From the NCBI RefSeq assembly GCF_052425735.1, contig NC_135759.1, positions 35,030,001 through 35,094,000 of the forward strand: a stretch of 64,000 nt of DNA. The letters are read 5' to 3'. Below, piece by piece: positions 13,901 through 25,900 of the stretch. This stretch comes from Oculina patagonica (Eukaryota). The notes under the pieces are model-generated. The model was given only the letters and a program-made list of their open reading frames with translations. It ran no database searches and was not told the DNA's origin. Both the position numbers and the translations under genes were made by a program. The number at the start of each line of letters is the position of its first letter. Positions within the stretch are counted from its first letter, which is position 1.

Positions 13901-16900
13901 AGATATGCTCCAGGTATCCTCCCTGAAAGAGAAAAAATACATTTGTAAACATCTCCACTATTGATTTTGCACAAAGCTGGTCTTTTTATATTAAAAGAAA
14001 AACGATTTGATCCTTGTTATCAGTCAAATGGCAGGCGCGGTGGCCTAATGGTTAGTGCGCCGGACTCCGGATCGAGCGTTCCGAATTCGAGCCCCGGCCG
14101 AGGTCATTGTGTCGCGTTCTTGGGCAAGACACTTTACTCTTAGTGCTTTTCTTCACCCAGGTGTATAAATGGGTACCAGCGTCATAATCCCATTCAGAGG
14201 GGGAATAGAAATATTCTTTGCCGCTTAATGCTACAGAATCCGGGATAAGCTCCGGCAAGTATGGGCCACTTGTCTCGAGGCTTCCCTTTATCAGTCATTA
14301 AATTTAACTCCCATGTAAAACTGTTTACGAAAATGGATTCCACTTCTCAACTGACAGGCTACTGCAAAAACATTGGTTAGGACTTTGATGGCAGTACATA
14401 AAAAATAGTTCTTACCGAGCCACCACCAGAATGGCTGACAAGTTCATCTCCATCAACACTTGAGAACCTAGGACAGTCAGAAAAAAAATTAGAAACTATT
14501 AAAGAAATACTTTCTGAGTTTAATTTCTTTAACAACACAGAATTTTAAAATTAATGAACTTACAGTCGATCCAGTTCGGCATTCTCAAGCTCGCTGAAGT
14601 TTACACCTTTTTCGTCAAACATCTTTTCCAGTTCAACTATGCATGAGAAACAATAAAGGAAAAATCCTCCCATGAAATCGTTGGTTAAAACTAAAAACGC
14701 GCGCAGACACTCACACTAAAGTTATATCTATCAAATTGGATCACGCTATAAAATAGTTTGCCAAGTACCTTAACAATTTCACTATAGATATATTTCTGAT
14801 CTTCACCGCTCGCAAACAAATATAATACTGTCACGCATGTTATTTGTTAATATATTTTTCATTCAATAAAATGGCATTTAAAATGGCGGAGGAAGAAACA
14901 AAAAATGGAAGTGGACAAAAAATCGACGAGAATTTCAAAGTGTTCAATTTCCACGGAGTCATCATTACTCCGAGGGTTTTTCTCCGGGTTCTCCGGTTTT
15001 CCTCCCTCCTGAAAAACCAACAGTTCCAAATTCCAATTCGACCTGGATAGAGGACCCGCATGAAAACCAGCAAGAGCTGATGTAGCATCCTCTCTAAATA
15101 AAATAGTTTAAAAAAAAAAAAAAAAAATTAACAGCGCGCGCTAAAGAATTCTGATGACAAAATCCTCTTTATGACGTTACTTTTTTTAGTTCGTTCTGCC
15201 TCGCGAAACGAGTTCATGCGGGTCGCGTCGCCGGAAGATAAAAAGTTGTTACAGAAACATGAAATCGTTATTGATATGCGTGTTTTTAATCCTAACGTCC
15301 TTGGGAACTTCATCTGCTTCAGGAAATACCGACAAGAAAGGTAAGTCTTGCCAATCTTTAAAAAAAAAGAATCCTTTTACTTTTTCGACGAGGCATGTGC
15401 TTTTAACAAAGTTTTACGTGCGTGCTAATTGGTCGTTATTAACTTGTTAAAAAATTATTTCATCTGCCAAAGTTATCAAATTTATGTCTAACTTATGATG
15501 CTAAATAGTCTCGACTGTTTTAGGTTAGGTTTAAGTTAGCCAAAATGTTCAGTTGAAAATCACCCCTTTTTGTCTCGATCTGCAGTGGAAATCCCGCTTT
15601 TGTTTAGATTCTTGTTGCTATGGTGTTTTCAGCAACGCAATGATTCCAGAGCGCGCGCTCGCATCGCATTTCGTTTTTCGCGGTGTATAACGGTTTTCAG
15701 CGGGATTTAATTGCTAATCACCGTTTCTCCTGTTTACCTATGCTTGTTTCAATTCCTTTTAACTAAAAAAATAGACTTTCAAAGATAATCAGTTTGAGTT
15801 CAAGATTCAGCAAAGTCCGAAAGTCAGTACTGTCAAGATTACTTTGGACGACAGTTTAAGTTCAAATGAACAATATTGTAAACAAATCGTGTAATTTACT
15901 TTATCATTTTGTTGTTAACCACAAAATTTATGCTTGTCATTTTCATATTTTCAGGAGTTCACGTTGTTGATAACACACCGGACTCATTCCGTCAAAGAAT
16001 CATCATTGATGAAAACTTAAGTCAGAGAAATGTCGTTATTGAAATCGACTTCATTTCCGTCAAGATGCTGGTGACTTTAAGATTAGATACGAAAAATATG
16101 AACACTGTTACCACAACACTGCTGCATGGAAAAAGTTCTTTACGTCGTCCCGAGAATCGATCAGAAAAACAAAGTACTCGAAGAAAGGAACTTCCAAAAA
16201 ACTGCTACGGCTGGATGGATAAAACATGGAACACTCTGTATGAATTGGTAATATCTCTGTTTGGATGGACTGAATTGCCAAAGGGCATCAATACAAACAT
16301 CTTTAATTGGAGATCAGTTACAATGAGCGCAGAAGATTCAACGTGTCCAGGACACATTGTAAGTTATTTGTTTGCTTGATGTTTCCTTATTCCATGAAAG
16401 GTAATTAGCATCTGACTATCTGAGTGGTTCGGAGAGAGCGCACACATCGATAAATAGAGAGCTTAGGCACAGACCCTTTCAAGTGTGAGCCACAAAAAGT
16501 TTGCCAAAAATGTGAACAATCGCCTTCTGGTGATCGTCCGTGGATCAAAAACGCCTGTGCTTATGATCTCTAATGTCACATTTTTTAACACCTGTTTTTG
16601 CAGAATGAAATACCAGTGAAGGAACATGGTAAAGATTATATGGAGAATCTCGGTACAAATCAGACACAAGGTGGTTCGCCTGGCAAAAGTTCTCGATCAG
16701 GAAAACAAAGCATTCGGAGAAAGGAACTTCCAACAAAAAAGAGACCTAGCTGGATAGATAACACATGGCACACTTTGTATGAAGTGATAATCTCTCTGTT
16801 TGGATGGACTCAGTTACCACATAACATCAATACAAACATCTTCAATTGGAGATCAGTTACAATGTCTGCAGTGCATTCTACTCATCCAGGACACACTGTA

Positions 16901-19900
16901 AGTTATAGTTTGCTTGCTTATTCCTTATTCCATAAAAGCTAATTAGATTATGACTTTCTCAAACTCATTAATAGGAAATCAGAACCATGGTGGTTTGGTA
17001 ATCTGATCTTAATTAGAATTCTACAATTTTATTTCTCCGTTATCTATGTAGTTTTAGTTTCGATTGAGACAATATATCAAACAATTGAGATTATTTTATC
17101 ACATTTTTAAACAACTTGAAGGTTGTCAAAATATACTACGCTGCACGTCGTATTTCCAACTCTCTTCACTCTCTTCTCGGTGTTTGGAAATGTGATGTAA
17201 CACTCTCTCGTTTTTGATATATTACATCCAATTATTCAGCTCTGATTGGCTTGGAAAGGGCACACATATTGGTAAAAGTCAAATTTTTTAAAACCTTTCT
17301 TGCAGACTGAAAAACCAGTAAAGGAACATGGTAAAGATTATGTTGAGAATCTCGGTACAAATCAGGCACAAGGTGGTTCGGCTAAAAAAAGATCTTCAGA
17401 ACTTCTAACAAACAACGGACCAAGCTGGATGGTTAGAACATGGAATACTTTGTATGAAGTGATAATCTCTTTGTTTGGATGGACTCAGTTACCACATAAC
17501 ATCAATACAAACATCTTCAATTGGAGATCAGTTACAATGTCTGCAGTGCATTCTACTCATCCAGGACACGCTGTAAGTTACTTGTTTGCTTGCTGTTTTA
17601 TTCCATAAAAGAAACTTTTAAGAAAAAGATGATGAATTTTTAATGAAATAAGATTGAACTGGTCAAGCCACACATTCGTAACAAAATTTATAAACAAACT
17701 GATGACTGAGGTGGCCTCCCCTATAAGTCCGGTGGTTTCTTGGAGGTCTCCTCGCCCTAACTTACTATTAGATATGTAGTAACAATTTTTTTGAAGCGGC
17801 AAATAAAAGATGATGATGATCAAATTACTTAGCTCTGAGAGGCTCAGAGAGAGTGCACACATTTATAGAAAATGTCACGTTTTTTAAACCTTTCTTTTGT
17901 AGACTGAAAAACCAGTAATGGAACATGATAAAGATTCTATGGAGAATATTGGCACAAATCAGGCACACAGTGGTTCGGTTGATCAAAGCTATCGATCAGA
18001 AAAGCAAAGCATTCCAAGAAAGGAACTTCCAACAATCAACAGTCCTAGCTGGATGGATAAAACATGGAATACTTTGTATGAAGTGATAATCTCTTTGTTT
18101 GGATGGACTCAGTTACCACATAACATCAATACAAACATCTTCAATTGGAGATCAGTTACAATGTCCGCAGTGCATTCTACTCATCCAGGACACGCTGTAA
18201 GTTACTGTTTGCTTGCTTATTCCTTATTCCATAATAGGTAATTAGATTATGACTTTCTCAAACTCATGAATAGGAAATCAGAACCATGATGGTGGTTTGG
18301 TAATCTGATCTTAATTAGAATTCTACAATTTTATTTCTCCGTTATTTATGTAGTTTTAGTTTCGATTGAGACAGTATATCAAACACTTGAGATTGTTTTA
18401 TCACATTTTTTAACACCTTGAAGGTTGTCAAAATAAACTACGCTGCACGTCGTATTTCCAACTCTCTTCTCGGTGTTTGGAAATGTGATGTAACACTCTC
18501 TCGTTTTTGATATATTACATCCAATTACTCATCTCTGATTGGCTTGGAAAGGGCACACACATTGGTAAATGTCAAATTTTTTTAAAATCTTTCTTGCAGA
18601 CTGAAAAACCAGTAAAGGAACATGGTAAAGATTATGTTGAGAATCTCGGGACAAATCAGGCACAAGGTGGTTCGGCTAAAAAAAGTTCTTCAGAACTTCT
18701 AACAAACAACACAGCTAGCTGGATGGTTAGAACATGGAATACTTTGTATGAAGTGATGATCTCTCTGTTTGGATGGACTCAGTTACCACATAACATCAAT
18801 ACAAACATTCTTAATTGGAGATCAATTACAATGTCTGCAGTGCATTCTACTCATCCAGGAGACAATGTAAGTTATTTGTTTGCTTGCTGTTTCCTTATTC
18901 CATAATAGGTAATTTAATAGCATGACTATTAAATTACTCGGCTCTGAGTGGTTCGGAGAGAGCGCGCACATTAGTAAATGTCACATATTTCAAAACCTTT
19001 TTTGCAGACGGCAACACCAGTAAAGGAACACGATGAAGATTATATGGAGAATCTTGGTACAAATCAGACACAAGATGCAAACAAGAGACCAAGCTGGACG
19101 GATAACACATGGAACACTTTGTATGAAGTGATAATCTCTCTGTTTGGATGGACTCAGTTACCACATAACATCAATACAAACATCTTCAATTGGAGATCAG
19201 TTACAATGTCTGCAGTGCATTCTACTCATCCAGGACACGCTGTAAGTTACTTGTTTGTTTGCTGTTTCCTTATTTCATAATAGGTAATTAGCATGACTAT
19301 TAAATTACTCGGCTCTGAGTAGTTTGGAGAGAGCGCGCACATTAGTAAATGTCACATTTTTCAAAACCTTTTTTGCAGACGCCAACACCAGTAAAGGAAC
19401 ACGATGAAGATTATATGGAGAATCTTGGTACAAATCAGGCACAAGATGCAAACAAGAGACCAAGCTGGACGGATAACACATGGTACACTTTGTATGAAGT
19501 GATGATCTCTCTGTTTGGATGGACTCAGTTACCAGATAACATCAATACAAACATCTTCAATTGGAGATCAGTTACAATGTCCGCAGTGCATTCTACTCAT
19601 CCAGGAGATGCTGTAAGTTACTTGTTTGTTTGCTGTTTCCTTATTTCATAATACAGTGGAACCCCGATATAACGATCTTCGATATAACGATATTCCCGAT
19701 ATAACGATGAATATGTTATGTCCCGGCAATAGTAAAATGTATGGAACGGAACCCCGATATAACGATTCCTCGATATAACGATATAATTTTACTGCCCCCT
19801 TGGCATATCGTTATATCGGGGTTCCACTGTAGGTAATTAGCATGACTATCAAATTACTCAGTTCTGAGTGGTTCGGAATGCGCGCACATAAGTAAATGTC

Positions 19901-22900
19901 GCATTTTTCAAAATCTTTTTTTTTGCAGACCGAAACACCAGTAAAGGAACACGATGAAGATTATATGGAGAATCTTGGTACAAATCAGACACAAGATGCA
20001 AACAAGAGACCAAGCTGGACGGATAACACATGGCACACTTTGTATGAAGTGATGATCTCTCTGTTTGGATGGACTCAGTTACCACATAACATCAATACAA
20101 ACATTTTCAATTGGAGATCAGTTACAATGTCCGCAGTGCATTCTACTCATCCAGGACACGCTGTAAGTTACTTGTTTGTTTGCTGTTTCCTTATTTCATA
20201 ATTCAATAATTGGTTCATGCTCTAACGTGCACTATCGGGTATGGTGCGCGCTTACGTATACTGATTTTGACTGCGCGGCTCTGCTAGCTATGTTATAAAG
20301 GTAATTAGCATGACTATCAAATTACTCAGCTCTGAGTGGTTCAGAGAGAGCGCACACATTGGTAGATGACACATTTTTTTAAAACCTTTTCTTTTTTGGC
20401 AGACTGAAAAACCAGTAAAGGAACATGGTAAAGATTATATGGAGAATCTCGGTACAAATCAGACACAAGGTAGTTCGGCTGACAAAACTTCTCGATCAGA
20501 AAAACAAAGTACTCCAAGAAAGGAACTTCCAACAAACAACAGACCTAGCTGGATGAATAAAACATGGATAACTTTGTATGAAGTGATAATCTCTCTGTTT
20601 GGATGGACTCAGTTACCACATAACATCAATACAAACATCTTCAATTGGAGATCAGTTACAATGTCTGCAGTGCATTCTACTTATTCAGGAGACGCTGTAA
20701 GTAGCTTGAAGGTTTGCTTGCCGTTCCCTTATACCATATCATTACACAGACGCGAGTGTATCTCTGGAAAATAGAACACTCGTAAAATTCATATGAAACT
20801 TCTCCCGGGACCGAAGTGGCGTATTTTTGACATCCTCACTAGTGAGGATATGGATGACGACATTTCCTGTCTTTGCACGGTTGTTTCCTTTAATTTCGTG
20901 ATTTTTGTCTATATAATAAAAAGAAAATCACACGGTGGCTTGAAGATATGAATTTTATTTTCTCGTGTTAAAAACATTATTTTGCTTATTCGCTGTGCTT
21001 ATTCGTAAAATACATCTGTTTTTACCACTCGAAAATAAAATTCTTCTTTTTGCGCCGCCGGCAGAGAGCGCACACATTGGTAATGTCACAATTTTTTTAA
21101 AACCTTTCTTTTGCAGACTGAAAAACCAGTAAAGGAACATGGTAAAGATTATATGGAGAATATCGGTACAAATCAGGCACAGGGTGGTTCGGCTGACAAA
21201 AGTTCTCGAACAGAAAAACAAAGCATTCGGAGAAAGGAACTTCCAACAATCAACAGACCTAGCTGGATGAATAACACATGGAATACTTTGTATGAAGTGA
21301 TAATCTCTCTGTTTGGATGGACTCAGTTACCTCATAACATCAATACAAACATCTTCAATTGGAGATCAGTTACAATGAGTGCAGTGCATTCTACTCATCC
21401 AGGACACGCTGTAAGTTATTTGTTTGCATGCTGTTTCCTTATTCCAAAATTCAAAAATTGGTTCATGCTCTAACGTGCACTGTCGGGTTATGGTGCGCGC
21501 TTACGTATACTGATTTCGACTGCGCGGCTCTGCTAGCTATGTTATAAAGGTAATTAGCATGTGACTATCAAATTACTCAGCTCTGAGTGGTTCAGAGAGA
21601 GCGCACACATTGGTAGATGACACATTTTTTAAAACCTTTTCTTTTTTGGCAGGCTGAAAAACCAGTAAAGGAACACGATGAAGATTATATGGAGAATCTC
21701 GATACAAATCAGGCACAGGGTGGTTCAGCTGACAAAAGTTCTCGAACAGAAAAACAAAGCATTCGGAGAAAGGAACTTCCAACAATCAACAGACCTAGCT
21801 GGATGGATAAAACATGGAATACTTTGTATGAAGTGATAATCTCTCTGTTTGGATGGACTCAGTTACCACATAACATCAATACAAACATCTTCAATTGGAG
21901 ATCAGTTACAATGAGTGCAGTGCATTCTACTCATCCAGGACACGCTGTAAGTTACTGTTTACTTGCTGATTCCTTATTCCATTAAAGCTAATTAGATTAT
22001 GACTTTCTCAAACTCATTAATAGAAAATCAGAACCATGCTGGTGGTTTGGTAATCTGATCTTAATTAGAATTCTACAATTTTATTTCTCCGATATCTATG
22101 TAGTTTTAGTTTCGATTGAGACAATATATCAAACACTTGAGATTGTTTTATCACATTTTTAAACACCGTGAAGGTTGTCAAAATATACTACGCTGCACGT
22201 CGTATTTCCAACTCTCTTCACTCTCTTCTCGGTGTTTGGAAATGTGATGTAACACTCTCTCGTTTTTGATATATTACATCCAATTACTCAGCTCTGATTG
22301 GCTTGGAAAGGGCACACGGGCACAAGTAATTTTAAATATTGGATTATGTATTTTAAGCCCTGATGATTTTTACCGTGTTGAAATAAAGTTTACACACACA
22401 CATTGGTAAATGTCAAATTTTTTAAAACCTTTCTTGCAGACTGAAAAACCAGTAAAGGAACATGATAATGATTATGTTGAGAATCTCGGGACAAATCGGA
22501 CACAAGGTGGTTCGGCTAAAAAAAGTTCTTCAGAACTTCTAACAAACAACAGACCTAGCTGGATGGTTAGAACATGGAATACTTTGTATGAAGTGATAAT
22601 CTCTCTGTTTGGATGGACTCAGTTACCACATAACATCAATACAAACATCTTCAATTGGAGATCAGTTACAATGAGCGCAGTGCAATGTACTAATCCAGGA
22701 GACAATGTAAGTTATTTGTTTGTTTGCTGTTTCCTTATTCCATAATACCGTAGAATTCCGGTTATAAGCCCTGGGCTTATACAACTTCGTAAGGGTTTTT
22801 GGGTGGGCTTATAAGCGGAGGGGCTTATATTCGGGAGGGCTTATAAGCGGAAGGAAAAAAACGTTTCGAAACGAGCCTCGGGAGTGTTGATCGAAATACG

Positions 22901-25900
22901 TTTTTAAGTTAAAAACGCACAAAAAAGCAACATTAAGCCCTGTTCAGTACTGTCATCCGGTAGAGGGGGGCTTATAACCGGAATTTTACGGTAGGTAATT
23001 AGCATGACTATTAAATTACTCGGCTCTGAGTGGTTCAGAGAGAGCGCGCACATTAGTAAATGTCACATTTTTCAAAACCTTTTTTACAGACGGCAACACC
23101 AGTAAAGGAACACGATGAAGATTATATGGAGAATCTTGGTACAAATCAGGCACAAGATGCAAACAAGAGACCAAGCTGGATGGATAAAATATGGGACACT
23201 TTGTATGAAGTGATGATCTCTCTGTTTGGATGGACTCAGTTACCACATAACATCAATACAAACATGTTCAATTGGAGATCAGTTACAATGAGCGCAGAAG
23301 ATTCAATTTGTCCAGGACACGCTGTAAGTTACTTGTTTGCTTGCTGTTTCCTTATTTCGTAATAGGTAATTAGCATGACTATCAAATTACTCAGTTCTGA
23401 GTGGTTCGGAATGCGCGCACATTAGTAAATGTCACATTTTCCAAAACCTTTTTTGCAGACGCCAACACCAGTAAAGGAACACGATGAAGATTATATGGAG
23501 AATCTTGGTACAAATCAGGCACAAGATGCAAACAAGAGACCAAGCTGGACGGATAACACATGGTACACTTTGTATGAAGTGATGATCTCTCTGTTTGGAT
23601 GGACTCAGTTACCACATAACATCAATACAAACATCTTCAATTGGAGATCAGTTACAATGTCTGCAGTGCATTCTACTCATCCAGGACACGTTGTAAGTTA
23701 TTTGTTTGTTTGCTGATTCCTTATTTCATAATTCAATAATTGGTTCATGCTCTAACGTGCACTATCGGGTTATGGGTTATAGTGCGCGCTTACGTATACT
23801 GATTTTGACTGCGCGGCTCTGCTAGCTATGTTATAAAGGTAATTAGCATGTGACTATCAAATTACTCAGCTCTGAGTGGTTCAGAGAGAGCGCACACATT
23901 GGTAGATGACACATTTTTTAAAACCTTTTCTTTTTGGCAGACTGAAAAACCAGTAAAGGAACATGATGAAGATTATATGGAGAATCTTGGTACAAATCAG
24001 GCACAAGGTGCAAACAACAGACCTAGCTGGATGAATAAAACATGGAATACTTTGTATGAAGTAATAATCTCTCTGTTTGGATGGACTCAGTTACCTCATA
24101 ACATCAATACAAACATCTTCAATTGGAGATCAGTTACAATGAGCGCAGTGCATTCTACTCATCCAGGACACGCTGTAAGTTACTTGTTTGTTGTTTTCTT
24201 ATTCCATGAAAGATAATTAGCATATGACTACATAGGTCCTAAATATTGGAATTCTCTACAAATATCCCTGCGATCTGTAACTTACTGCCTAAGGGGAAGT
24301 GATATTCTTCATTTACGGAAGCCATCTTCTACAACATACGGACTAAAATCTTTCAGCTATTTTGCTGCAAAGACTTGGAACTCATTACCAGAAATTATAA
24401 AAACTGCGACATCACTAAATGACTTCATTACAGCAATCCGACAATGTACTTTTAGCTAAGACTTTTTATCATTGGGGAGGGGGTGAATAGAACAAACTTT
24501 GTAAATTTGTATTTTTATATAGATTTAATGTGTAAGTAGTTAACGGATATAATAATATTGTTATTTCTATTTTACTTATTTTATTTTTATTTTTTAATAT
24601 ATATTTCACTTGTTTCTCGAAGAAACTAGCTTGTCTTAGCTATATTATATTCGAGGATAAATAAAGTTTTATGTTATGTTATGTTATCCATCACTACTTC
24701 GACAAGCTTCTGTACTTAAAAAAAAGACGATAGAATTTTCAATGAAATGTGACTGAATCAGTCAAGACGCACATTCGCAACTTAATTTATAACATATTGA
24801 TAAAAGGGGTGGTCTCCCCTTTAAGCCCGATGGTTTCTTGGAGGTCTCCTCGCCTTAACTTACTATTAGATATGCAATAACAATTATTCTGAAGTGGCAA
24901 ATAAATGATAATGATAATGACGATGATGATGTTGACTTTCAAACTACTCAGCTCTGAGTGGTTCGGAGAGAGCACACACATAGGTAAATGGCACGTTTTT
25001 CAAAACCTTTTTTTGCAGACTGAAAAACCAGTAAAGGAACACGATGAAGATTATATGGAGAATCTTGGTACAAATCAGGCACAAGATGCAAACAACAGAC
25101 CAAGCTGGACAGATAACACATGGCACACTTTGTATGAAGTGATAATCTCTCTGTTTGGATGGACTCAGTTTCCACATAACATCAATACAAACATCTTCAA
25201 TTGGAGATCAGTTACAATGAGTGCAGTGCATTCTACTCATCCAGGACACGCTGTAAGTTATTTGTTTGTTTGCTGATTCCTTATTTCATAATTCAATAAT
25301 TGGTTCATGCTCTAACGTGCACTATCGAGGTATGGTGCGCGCTTACGTATACTGTATTTGACTGCGCGGCTCTGCTAGCTATGTTATAAAGGTAATTAGC
25401 ATGTGACTATTAAATTACTCAGCTCTGAGTGGTTCAGAGAGAGCGCACACATTGGTAGATGACACATTTTTAAAACCTTTTCTTTTTTGGCAGACTGAAA
25501 AACCAGTAAAGGAACATGATGAAGATTATATGGAGAATCTTGGTACAAATCAGACACAAGGTGCAAACAACAGACCTAGCTGGATGAATAAAACATGGAA
25601 TACTTTGTATGAAGTGATAATCTCTCTGTTTGGATGGACTCAGTTACCTCATAACATCAATACAAACATCTTCAATTGGAGATCAGTTACAATGTGTGCA
25701 GTGCATTCTACTCATCCAGGAGATGCTGTAAGTTGGGGTTTTTTCTTGTTATTTCGTTACTTCATACGAGCTATTGTCATATGACTATGGCTAAAGGAGA
25801 ATGCATACAGCGCTTAAGTTTAAAAGCAGTATAAGCACTTATTTTTCGACAACCCTAAAATTAAACAGATACAGGGATAGTCGTCTTATGACCACTTAGT

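Larger units (their letters stand above)
16150..25727 (+). repeat. Tandem exon-intron duplication array (17 units)
   Basis: Near-invariant core W-x-D/N-x-TW-x-TLYEV(I/M)[34 protein letters not shown]; exon size classes 294 (x5), 267 (x3), 234 (x8); introns are homologous too. Confidence 0.97.

Noticed and set aside
16150-25727. CRISPR-like or non-coding satellite interpretation of the array
   Set aside because: Units are hundreds of bp long with splice sites and open frames; the context is eukaryotic with no cas genes
15909-25784. The ~17 separate ORFs of the ORF track as independent small genes
   Set aside because: Their starts and ends are read-through into intron sequence; splice signals and phases join them into one gene
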